DNA from: a virus
Taxonomy: Duplodnaviria > Caudoviricetes
Length of the DNA: 36,935 nucleotides
Virus record (IMG/VR): IMGVR_UViG_3300020414_002756
Span: 1 to 36,935 of that record
Strand: one strand, 5' to 3'
The translations under genes were made by a program, and so were the position numbers. The notes below the pieces were generated by a model. The model was given only the letters and a program-made list of their open reading frames with translations. It made no database searches and was not told the origin of the DNA. Below, piece by piece: positions 18,105 to 27,700 of the stretch. Numbering within the stretch: position 1 is the first letter of the stretch; each line of letters starts with the position of its first letter.

Positions 18105-21100
18105 TATCTATAAAGCTGTATACTTAAATTTGTTCTTATTGTTTCACTTGATGAATCGCTATGAGTTACATCAAAACTCAACTCACCATAAAAAGTTTTT
18201 TCTTTAGAGGTAACACCGATAATTCCCCCAATACCCTCGACTTCGGTATTAAAATCATTCACGCTCAATGATCCATTGTAATATACATCTATATATCCAG
18301 TCTCCCCTGACTTAAGGGTTGACTCCTTGTTGTTTTGAATAAACATATCATTTATATAACCATTATAACTAGAATCAGATTCTCCTGTAACTAAATTTTT
18401 TATTGTTCCAGTATTATTTTGTAAAAAACTATTAGGTTTTCCATCTAATACTACTCTATTTCCCGAACTATCTACAACAGCAAAGGTAATACCTCCAGCA
18501 ACACCTTCAGAATATTGCTTAAACATCTTGGCAGGACTGTTAGTTAATCCAAAAGGGAGCGCAGTGCTTACTGGTAAAATAAACAAGTGATCATATGTTT
18601 TACCCTCTATCAACACAGGAACATCTTCTGGTTTAAATTTTGCGACTATCGAAAATGGACCATCTTCTATACTTACATTATTTATAGTCAAGTCCTTATC
18701 GCCAGTATTTCTAAAAGTTATTCTTTTTCTGAATTTATTTTCCACTTTTAAATTCTCTATATTATCATCAAACCTAATTGAATCCGCAATCAAGAATTCA
18801 GACTCTCTTAAAATTGGCTGTGTTACAATTGCATCGTACTTGTCTGCAGGCAAATTAAACGGAAATTCCTCAAATTTAGCTTTTATACTATGATTATTTT
18901 TATAGTTGTATGTATGCGTCCATGCCTGACATACAAAATTCCTATCTTTTTCGTAAGGGGCTGGAGCATTAAACCTAAATGGAACACATCCATAATGATG
19001 CTCAAGATAATGCAGTATTGCGCGCGCTTCATCATCTGTTCGGTTATTAAACTCTAGATCCAAAACGAGTAGATTTTCATTAATTCCGTCGCGGTGTATC
19101 TGAGTATAATCCTTGGTTAAGCTCAAAGCTTTTAATCTTGGTTTTTGCGAAACTTTTAACCCCAAAGATGGTTTCCATAAAAAATCTCGAGTCCACATGC
19201 TTTTATTAGCCTCTAAGAAATAACCTCCATTTCTTTTCCATGTTGTTGTTTTTGTCGCAGGACTTTGTCCAGCCACAGCATCATCAGAAACACAATAATA
19301 ATATTTATGATTATCCTCGAATAATACAACATCATTTTTTTGATAATATACATTATCTGAATAACTGCTCGCACCAGCAACATACAAACTTTCAGATTTA
19401 TTCAACAATGATGTGGTAAAATTATTAAGTTTGATTGATATATCGTTGCTATTTTCAAAATTCAAAGAATGACTATAATCTAAACAGTAAAATGTTTTTG
19501 ATTGCATATCCGTAGAATCGTATGGATGAAATGTCGATTCGCCAGCCCAACGAAAACCATCAATTCCTTGATTATATTTTAAATTTGGAGATGCGCGATC
19601 TTTATCGTATTGACCAAGATGACTTTCAACAAAATGTATGATTGCATTTGTTTCACGATTTGTTCGATTTTTAAATTGTAAATCAACTTCCATTTTCACA
19701 GAGTTTATACCCACAGGTTGATAGGTATAATATCCATCAGAATACTGGTTTTTCCTGTTTTCACATCTAAAAGTTACAGACGATCCATAATCCGCATCGA
19801 AGAAAAATTGATCCGAAACCCAATCAGGAGAATCTACACTTGGATTTATGTTTTCTGATGTTATGGTTATCTCATTGGTCGAGCGAGGCTCATAAATATC
19901 AACGGAATCATTATTAGAAGAACCCTTCAACCACACTCTTGTTCCATAATTTTTTGTTTCTGCCAATTCTTGCACCTGAGATTGTTGATAATTTATATTT
20001 ATTGTTGGCGCTGCACGATTAATGTCATCTTGATAAATTCTTCCATTTTTATAAACATACCACTGCTCTTGATCAATGGAATACAAATCAAAAAGTCCAT
20101 CTTTAATTGAGCTACTCGACGGATTATGAGGAATAGCATAAACTATACCCGCGGCTTGACCCAAGGTATAAAACTTATTATAACCAAAAGTATAATTATA
20201 TAGCTCATTTTTATAAATAACCGAAGGATTATATTCTAAATTTATCAAACCTTCCAGGCTTGCATTCGCAGACAGATCGATCGAATTTTCTATAAGCTCT
20301 CTGCCATTAATAGAAACCCATTCTCCAACATCATTCAACTCAAGCATGGACACGCAAGTTCCACGGTAACCATAATAAGTTGAACCCAAGTTTAAATGAA
20401 AAGTATTCTGCTCAAAATATTGTAAGTCATAATTTTTCTTAGGATTAATGCTCCTCCCAATCACAGCGGCAACCCTAATATTTCCCGACTGACTCTCACC
20501 AAAAATTAAATCATTTACATACATCGAAGAACCAGACTCCCTGGTTGGAAAAATTAATTTCTTGTGAACCCATTGGTCACCTTCTTCAATATAAGAATCT
20601 TCATTAACCTCTCCAATTTTTGTATAAGATTCAGTATATTCATTAAATATATTTTTAATATTAGTAATATTATTATCACCAAAAGTTACAACAGCTGTTC
20701 CATCATAGTTTGTTTTTATATTATGAGGTCTTGTTCGCAAAAATCCCGAGACAATATGTTTTTTTGTTTCTTCAGGAGTAATAATCCTTTGAATATCAAC
20801 AGGCCACACAATATCCTCTGGATTATTACCGTCTATGTCTTTATATTTAGTCCATCCATATTCAATTGACTTTTTAATACATATAATATCTGCATTATTA
20901 TCAACATAAAACAATCTTTGTCCATCTGGACTCAAGCAAACATAAGAGCCTTCATTTCTATAAAATTTTTCGTAATCAGAGCTAGCATCAACATTAACAA
21001 ATTTGCCATCCATGGCAATCACATTTTTCGCATTATTGAATCCATTGTAATAAGCCCCAGTACCACCTCCTCTTAACACCATTGTTATTCCCAACGAGTA

Positions 21101-22690
21101 TTGAAACTCATCAGCAGCCTTTTGGTTACCCTCCTCCAAAAAACCATTGTAACGACTCGAATCAATTCCAAATGTTTTTTCCCACTGTATCCCACTGTAT
21201 TCATAAATGGATATTTTTTGAGAGGTTCCGGCAACAATTAAATTATTAAATATACTGTATTCCATCGACTCAGGCTCAAAAAAACACAAAGTATTTCCAT
21301 CAGAACTAAAGTTAGCAACTAACCCTTTTTCCACAACCTTTTCCACTGTATGGTCTAATTCCCACGACTGAGAAGTATCACTATATTTATAAATTTTAAC
21401 ATCTCCGGCATACTTTAGTTTAAAGGTTGATGGAGACTGTTCGAAATCAATGAATTTTTCAACAGTCCCAGTTTCCTCAATTTTCTGCCAGTCCACTCCA
21501 AAAACTTTAGCGGAAATAGTCGAATCGCTTGTTACCGCCGAAGACGAGTATATATTCGTTGTATTTAAACCCTGATTGTATTCATAGTCCGTATTGTATT
21601 CTATTACAAACAAAAAATTATTCCCAGAGTATGTTACATAATAATGATCCTCGTATGTTAATACCGCAATTGTATTACAGTCTTCATCACAAGCAAGGTA
21701 TCTAAATGCTCCATTAAAATCAAGAGACGCGCCAGCATTCCAAGAATCATTGGATTTTGTATACCTAGTAATTGATGAGTTATCTCGAGCAAGCATTGTT
21801 AGTCCGTCCGAGCTAACATTTATTTCTTTTGTATTCTCATCTTGAAATGTCTTATTTTCATCTGATTTAACAAAACTATATTCATCTTCTGCTGTTTCTT
21901 CATAAGCAAGAATAGCGGAATTTCCATCAGCCCAATCCTTTTTTGAGAAAAACCAAATTGGATTAACGACATTCTCCTCCTTAGAGTCTCCATTGATATA
22001 AAACCACACAGACTTATCAGAGGGATCGAGGCTTGAATTAGATATGTATACCCAACCAAGAAATATATGATATACCCAATTACCGAGAGCAGCCAATGGT
22101 ATTGATCTATTTTCTGTTTCTCCGTATTGTTTATAATGCTGTCTTCCCCATTGTTCTTTTGAAAGTGTTGTGCCGCTAGATGAATATGCATCAAATAAAT
22201 CAATATAGCTATCCACATATGATACAAAATCTCGGCCGTTCCAATAAAAATCATAACCCCCAAATAGAAACCAATCAGAAACAAACCAATCATCCAAACC
22301 CTCAACTCCATTGAGCACTTCAGACAAAACATAATCACCAGCTTTTATTGCGTTTGGATTGTAGTTTTCTTCGATGTTTATTATTTTATATCGTCCATCA
22401 TTTGTAAAAGAGGATCCATCGATTTTTATTTGTTGACCAATTTTATAGTTGGCCATATTATTTTGCGCATCAAAAAGATAGTATGTTTGCAATCCATTAT
22501 ACAGCGGCCCATTTGGATCCAATGTAAAACGATTAACATCTGAAACTATATATTCTTCTTGCCAAGATATATCATCCTTCGCATAATAATACAAACCATC
22601 TGCTTTGTTGTATACAAAATCAAATTTTTTATAATCAACACCAGTTTTATATTCTCCAAGATAATTGGATATGTTTGTAAGGTTTTGCAT
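18104..22690 (-). CDS. Enlarged distal tail protein with two tandem gpM-like domains, CBM-like modules, a probable beta-propeller and a C-terminal Ig/ASH-like domain
   Basis: gpM-like motifs occur twice: 'GYYTYQPVGINSVKMEVDLQFKNRTNRETNAIIHFVESHLG' and 'YTQIHRDGINENLLVLDLEFNNRTDDEARAILHYLEHHYGCVPFRF...FVCQAW'. Propeller-like blades include 'VSSDGLTM', 'FSSDGNTL' and 'LSPDGQRL'. 'ITFRNTGDKDLTINNVSI' is ASH-like. Confidence 0.8.
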   Translation of the reverse strand: MQNLTNISNYLGEYKTGVDYKKFDFVYNKADGLYYYAKDDISWQEEYIVSDVNRFTLDPNGPLYNGLQTYYLFDAQNNMANYKIGQQIKIDGSSFTNDGRYKIINIEENYNPNAIKAGDYVLSEVLNGVEGLDDWFVSDWFLFGGYDFYWNGRDFVSYVDSYIDLFDAYSSSGTTLSKEQWGRQHYKQYGETENRSIPLAALGNWVYHIFLGWVYISNSSLDPSDKSVWFYINGDSKEENVVNPIWFFSKKDWADGNSAILAYEETAEDEYSFVKSDENKTFQDENTKEINVSSDGLTMLARDNSSITRYTKSNDSWNAGASLDFNGAFRYLACDEDCNTIAVLTYEDHYYVTYSGNNFLFVIEYNTDYEYNQGLNTTNIYSSSAVTSDSTISAKVFGVDWQKIEETGTVEKFIDFEQSPSTFKLKYAGDVKIYKYSDTSQSWELDHTVEKVVEKGLVANFSSDGNTLCFFEPESMEYSIFNNLIVAGTSQKISIYEYSGIQWEKTFGIDSSRYNGFLEEGNQKAADEFQYSLGITMVLRGGGTGAYYNGFNNAKNVIAMDGKFVNVDASSDYEKFYRNEGSYVCLSPDGQRLFYVDNNADIICIKKSIEYGWTKYKDIDGNNPEDIVWPVDIQRIITPEETKKHIVSGFLRTRPHNIKTNYDGTAVVTFGDNNITNIKNIFNEYTESYTKIGEVNEDSYIEEGDQWVHKKLIFPTRESGSSMYVNDLIFGESQSGNIRVAAVIGRSINPKKNYDLQYFEQNTFHLNLGSTYYGYRGTCVSMLELNDVGEWVSINGRELIENSIDLSANASLEGLINLEYNPSVIYKNELYNYTFGYNKFYTLGQAAGIVYAIPHNPSSSSIKDGLFDLYSIDQEQWYVYKNGRIYQDDINRAAPTININYQQSQVQELAETKNYGTRVWLKGSSNNDSVDIYEPRSTNEITITSENINPSVDSPDWVSDQFFFDADYGSSVTFRCENRKNQYSDGYYTYQPVGINSVKMEVDLQFKNRTNRETNAIIHFVESHLGQYDKDRASPNLKYNQGIDGFRWAGESTFHPYDSTDMQSKTFYCLDYSHSLNFENSNDISIKLNNFTTSLLNKSESLYVAGASSYSDNVYYQKNDVVLFEDNHKYYYCVSDDAVAGQSPATKTTTWKRNGGYFLEANKSMWTRDFLWKPSLGLKVSQKPRLKALSLTKDYTQIHRDGINENLLVLDLEFNNRTDDEARAILHYLEHHYGCVPFRFNAPAPYEKDRNFVCQAWTHTYNYKNNHSIKAKFEEFPFNLPADKYDAIVTQPILRESEFLIADSIRFDDNIENLKVENKFRKRITFRNTGDKDLTINNVSIEDGPFSIVAKFKPEDVPVLIEGKTYDHLFILPVSTALPFGLTNSPAKMFKQYSEGVAGGITFAVVDSSGNRVVLDGKPNSFLQNNTGTIKNLVTGESDSSYNGYINDMFIQNNKESTLKSGETGYIDVYYNGSLSVNDFNTEVEGIGGIIGVTSKEKTFYGELSFDVTHSDSSSETIRTNLSIQLYR

Positions 22691-23610
22691 TATTTTATTA
22701 TTTGTTTTATTGTTATGCTGCTTTTTGCATACGACCCTTCAGATATTGCAACATTTTGATTTTGAATTTTCCCTTGGCATTGAAAGCGTGAAATTCTCTC
22801 TCCGCCCAATGAATACATAAATACATCAACCGCAGAATCTGGAATCGTCGCAGGATTGCTTGTAAATTGCTGATCACCGTATGGATTCAAATTGTCGATC
22901 ATATCGTTACATTCTATTGTCGCTTCTGAAGTGATTGATTCTACACTCACACGATTTGGCAACGCACCACCAGCATATGTATTGATCGCGGTGTTTTCAT
23001 TCTCTCTTATTTTGTTACTGATTTTTCTCTCGACATTTATATTGTATCTTAGACCTGCAATCTCAAATTGTTCGTCGCTTTCTTGATTACTTATTTTTAC
23101 TTGACCAAATGATTTCATGGCATGCGCGAAGTCCACATCTGATTTTGAAAAATATCGGTCAGTTATACTGCTGATTGTACCATATATATCGTATGTTGCA
23201 TTCGCAACAATCAACTGAAACGGACTCATCTGAAAACTAAAACTCGTAAGAAACATATTATCAAAACCATATCGCCCAACCACATTACCATGTATTGGTG
23301 CTTCTGAAATTGTATTTTTTAAATTCGATGGATTGGCTACATCAATCAATTCAAACAATCTATCAACGCTATTCGGAGAAACAACATCAGAAGATATATA
23401 AAAAGATATATTCAATTGTCCCTTCAAATTTTGCGTTGGTGCAAAACCTACAAATTCTGTTCGCGCGCCACCAATTGATGCATCATAATCCCCGTATACT
23501 TTCTCAACACTCATGCTTGGAGCGATTGATAGATTCGCAGAGTTGACCATAAGATCCTTGTTGTTCAAGGTGATCTTGCCATCTTCAAATCTTAAAAAAG
23601 GTCGCGCCAT
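22690..23610 (-). CDS. Tail-tube-like minor tail protein (paralogue 2)
   Basis: It is beta-rich, and 'VNSANLSIAPS', 'NMFLTSFSFQMSPFQLIVANATYDIYG' and 'GKIQNQNVAISEG' align with the tube protein at 35568. ATG 23610 is preferred to TTG 23616. Confidence 0.6.
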   Translation of the reverse strand: MARPFLRFEDGKITLNNKDLMVNSANLSIAPSMSVEKVYGDYDASIGGARTEFVGFAPTQNLKGQLNISFYISSDVVSPNSVDRLFELIDVANPSNLKNTISEAPIHGNVVGRYGFDNMFLTSFSFQMSPFQLIVANATYDIYGTISSITDRYFSKSDVDFAHAMKSFGQVKISNQESDEQFEIAGLRYNINVERKISNKIRENENTAINTYAGGALPNRVSVESITSEATIECNDMIDNLNPYGDQQFTSNPATIPDSAVDVFMYSLGGERISRFQCQGKIQNQNVAISEGSYAKSSITIKQIIK

Positions 23611-23612
23611 AA

Positions 23613-24734
23613 TCAAAGTTCGTTGTGATACGATTCGTAACTTTTATACGACAAAGATATATTCATTTCGCCGTCGATGGTGCTATTCAAACTTTCACTT
23701 ATTAGACGTACATTCTTGCCTACAAAACTATTGATAATATCAGAGTGATCATTGGCATCGCAAATTTGTATAGTCACATCGCTTCGCGGTGCGGCTTGCA
23801 GTCGATCTTTAATTTCGCGCATTTCATATTCATTTGCAATCATTGTTACAGTGATATCTGTTTCAATTGGATATTGTGTGTCCATCTGAACGGGTTCTAA
23901 TTTTGGATCGCTAACAGTTTCTCCGGTTTGCCAAGTCACAGTATTTCCTTTACTCAATGCATAAACAGGTACAATATTTATTGACCGACTATAACTAAAA
24001 TCAACAACAGCATCTACAGTAAAATCACTCACAATCAATTTTATACTTGACTGATCAGGATATTGTATAATTTGGTCTTCATGAATAATAACATTTTCAA
24101 AAGGCTTGAAAACAAAAGCATCTTTTCCAAGATATGCTCTCTTCAATGAGCCGCGCCTTCTGAAACTTGTTGTTTCGGGAAGCGATTGATACACATCGTA
24201 CTGTATAGTCAATGAAGCATCATTCCACTGAGCGGTAACATCCGATCCATTTAAATATACAATTGCAACAGTATAACTACCATCAACTTCAAAAGGATAA
24301 TATTGATGCGATTGATTTACTACATAAGTTGATCCACTTGATACATTCTTTCCAAGATCGCCATATACAGTTATATCAGTTTGTATGTCTGGTACATTTC
24401 CAACACTGCATGTTACATTGTATCTTGATACCCTACCTTTTGTAAAGCCAAAGCCTTTGGTGTCATTGTCGTACATGATAACACCATCAATTTCTGCTTC
24501 GTCGTAGATGTATTTTCCTAGCGAATTGATTTCCAATAGTGGATCTTTTCCCACCATTTTTCGATTGATACTAAAATTTCCTTGTAGTGGCGCGTCACTC
24601 ACAGCATCAATAAAACCAACACCCGCCACGCGAATTGGTTTTTCATTTATACCATAACTTCCATCAACACTTTGTACTCCCAGCAATCGATGACCATTTA
24701 TCACTACAGTTTGTTCGTAATTCGAGTAGCTCAT
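23613..24734 (-). CDS. Tail-tube-like minor tail protein (paralogue 1)
   Basis: Three segments align with the major tube: 'RLLGVQSVDGSYGIN' with 'QLRRVQSANYSFSVN'; 'GRVSRYNVTCSVGNVP' with 'GFVSNYSIEAAVGGMP'; 'KNVRLISESLNSTIDGEMNISLSY' with 'KGARLEGESFSSSIGDNKSVDLTF'. Confidence 0.72.
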   Translation of the reverse strand: MSYSNYEQTVVINGHRLLGVQSVDGSYGINEKPIRVAGVGFIDAVSDAPLQGNFSINRKMVGKDPLLEINSLGKYIYDEAEIDGVIMYDNDTKGFGFTKGRVSRYNVTCSVGNVPDIQTDITVYGDLGKNVSSGSTYVVNQSHQYYPFEVDGSYTVAIVYLNGSDVTAQWNDASLTIQYDVYQSLPETTSFRRRGSLKRAYLGKDAFVFKPFENVIIHEDQIIQYPDQSSIKLIVSDFTVDAVVDFSYSRSINIVPVYALSKGNTVTWQTGETVSDPKLEPVQMDTQYPIETDITVTMIANEYEMREIKDRLQAAPRSDVTIQICDANDHSDIINSFVGKNVRLISESLNSTIDGEMNISLSYKSYESYHNEL

Positions 24735-27700
24735 TATTCACTCAATAATCCCCCTGGACGTTGTTCTTCTACAATAACAGATAATACTTGTTGTTTTATT
24801 TTGTCGGCGAGTGCAAGTGAACCTTCTTGATTTGCACTGCCTGCCGCGACATCAACACCTCCTCGATCAGAAGATTTGCTTTCTCCTTTTACAGATCCAC
24901 CTTCGATATTAACCGAGATATTTATATTGTTTGTGTTGCCGCCAGATCCAGAAGTTTCTGAATTATCTGCAACTTTTTCGATCGGTCCGCCGTCATTAAA
25001 TTTTCCTGCGTTTATACGATCAAGCATTGGACGACCAAGCTGACGAGCACTGCTTGCACGAATAACATACTCTCCTTCGCTGAGCATTGCAGGAATTTGG
25101 TCGATACCAGGAGCGCCCGAGATGTATCCACCGCTGGCGTATTTACGAATTGGTCCGCCGTAGTAATTTTCATCTGGCCGAGTAGGATTAACCCAATTCG
25201 TATAGCCAGCCCCCTTACCAGTATTTATATTATTCATTCTAGCCACAGCGCTCGGCAGACCTTTTTTCGCATTAATCAATAATTGAGAAGCGTCCATTCT
25301 GCTTAGGTTTTGACTTTTCATTAATGACTCAACCTGACCAGAACTAACTCCAGCTTTTGCTAGCAGCTTGGGAGCTTGTGGGCCAAATTTATTCATCATT
25401 CCGGTAGTTATTCCAGCCATCGCAACACTACCAATCAAACTTATAATTTGATTTACTCGAGCATTTCTTCGCGCGGCTGCTTCTTTTGCTTTTTGTACAG
25501 CCTCTTCTTCTTTGCGTCTTTTTTCTTGTAGAGCACCTTCTATCTGAGATGCATCCTCTTTGAGTCCTACATTTTCTCCCCTACCATAAAAAGCTCCAGT
25601 CATTTTTTTGCTTTGGTATGCGCGGCCAGATTTGTATTGAAAGCCCTCTAATTTTCCTCCATTGCTAAAACCAGGAATGCGGCCTCCAGCATTGAGTCCG
25701 TGCATAAATGCACCGCCGTATTTGTTTACTGCATCGCGACCCATGATATACTCGCCATTGCTAACCATTGCGGGTACGCCACCTCCTTGAGAATATCGTC
25801 TTACATTTCCGCCGCGAGAGAATGGAAGCATAGCAACAATATTTGATGCGGCTTTTTGCATCATTGCTTTTTGTATCATTTGCAGAAAACTGATACCTGC
25901 GTCACGCAGAGCGTCTCCAATATCTTTTGCGCCGCTCAGACCTTCGCTCATCGCGGTGGCTAATCCGTCAGCAAAAGCACCAGGAATTTTTTCGGCAAGC
26001 TCGTAGTCCATATATTCTACTTGCTCGCGCACTTTCGCCATACCATCACTTATTCCATTACGAAACGCACCTGGTCCAGTTTGGCGCTCGCGAATTGCCT
26101 TTAATCTTTTTTCTTCTATTGCTAATAATTCTTTTTCGGCGGCGATTTCTTTATCGGTTTCGGCGTTTATGTTTTTTGTTCTTTGTTCTATTTCTTCTAA
26201 TTTTTTAGACCTTTCATCAATTGACTTTTGAAGACTTTGCATTTCCTGCATATCAAATGGATTAGCTCCGAACGCTTCTTGCATAGTTTTTAGCTCTTTA
26301 AGCCTTGCTTCGGCCTGATCAGTTGGTTCAATTTTAGCCTTCTCAAGCTCTTGATCTTTTAATGCTTGAGTTCTATTTTCTTCAAGGGTTTTTATTTTTT
26401 CTTCCATTGCAAATCTTTTCTCTCCGATTTGAAATGCTTCTTGTTGTTCGCGGGTTTGATAGCTAGGGCCTATTCCAGCAAGTCTTTTTGCGGAAGCTAC
26501 TCGAGCATCTATTCCCCTGATTTTCTGGGAAGATCTAACATCTTCGGCGCTCATTCTTTTGTCGCGCTCCAAGTCTGCAATAAGCTGCTTTCGATCAGCA
26601 AGTATTTGATTTATTTTTAATTCATTAGAGGCTTGTTCTTTAGTTAAGTTTTGTTGTTTTTTTAGGGTGTCAAGTTGATTATCGTAAATTAATCCTCTGT
26701 TGGTAAGAATTTCATTTGCTTTTTGATCGCTCAAACCAATCCTCATAAGAATTTTTTCAAGCTCCTTATATTCCATACTTGCCATTTTGGACGTTAAATC
26801 CATTAAACTCTTTCCGGACGGATCTTCGTCTTTAAATAACTCCCGCTTTAATGCGTCCTGCAGAGATACATTTTGGCCGATATCCTGCATAATTCCTATT
26901 TTCAATTCGCTCTCTGCTTTAGCTGCGCCAGACTCATAAGCCTCAGAGGCCTTCAATAAACTTTTATTGTATTTCATTTGAGCTTTTTGCTGCTCAGTCA
27001 TTAACCCGCCCATTAACTTCTCTTGTGTATCAAGCAGGCTAGACTGTTCTAAAAACTTTGACTTGATATTAAACTGAGCATCAGATGCAGCTTTTTGGGC
27101 TTGAATTTGTGCTTTTTGTAGGTTGAGCTGGAGAATGATTGCATTCTTTTGGGCGGTTTTCTTATCAAGATATTCTTTTTCTATGCGGGTAATTTCCTCG
27201 GAGAGATTTGCTTGAATTGCAGCCTCATCTGCTTGAAATTCCTGTTCCCCAATTTTTATTTTTTGTCCCTTTAATATCTTTGAATATTTTTCTTTACTTA
27301 AATTATCTACAAGCCCACCTTTTCCTTCTCCAAAATTAAAACTAAATGGACCTTTTTCGTTTTCTATTAAATAATCAATTAATTTATTCCTAACCTCTTT
27401 GCTTGCGCCGACCTGTTGAGGACCTGCCCCAATTTGAGTTTTTGCCTGTTTTTGAAACTGTTGAGACTTTTTTATATTTTCTATTGTTTTATTCAAAGCT
27501 CCCAAAGGCCCCGTTTGCTTATATAAAAAGGTTGCGAGCTCATCGATATTCATTCCTTCTTTATAACCTTGTCGTGAAGAGTAATGTCGAGCTTGTTTTT
27601 GTAGTGCTGCCATCGATTGAGCCGTTTGTTCTTCTGTAAGATATTTGGTTCCTCTTTGTGGTTTAAGAAAGTAATCTTCGAGCCCTTGATCTACAGATTT

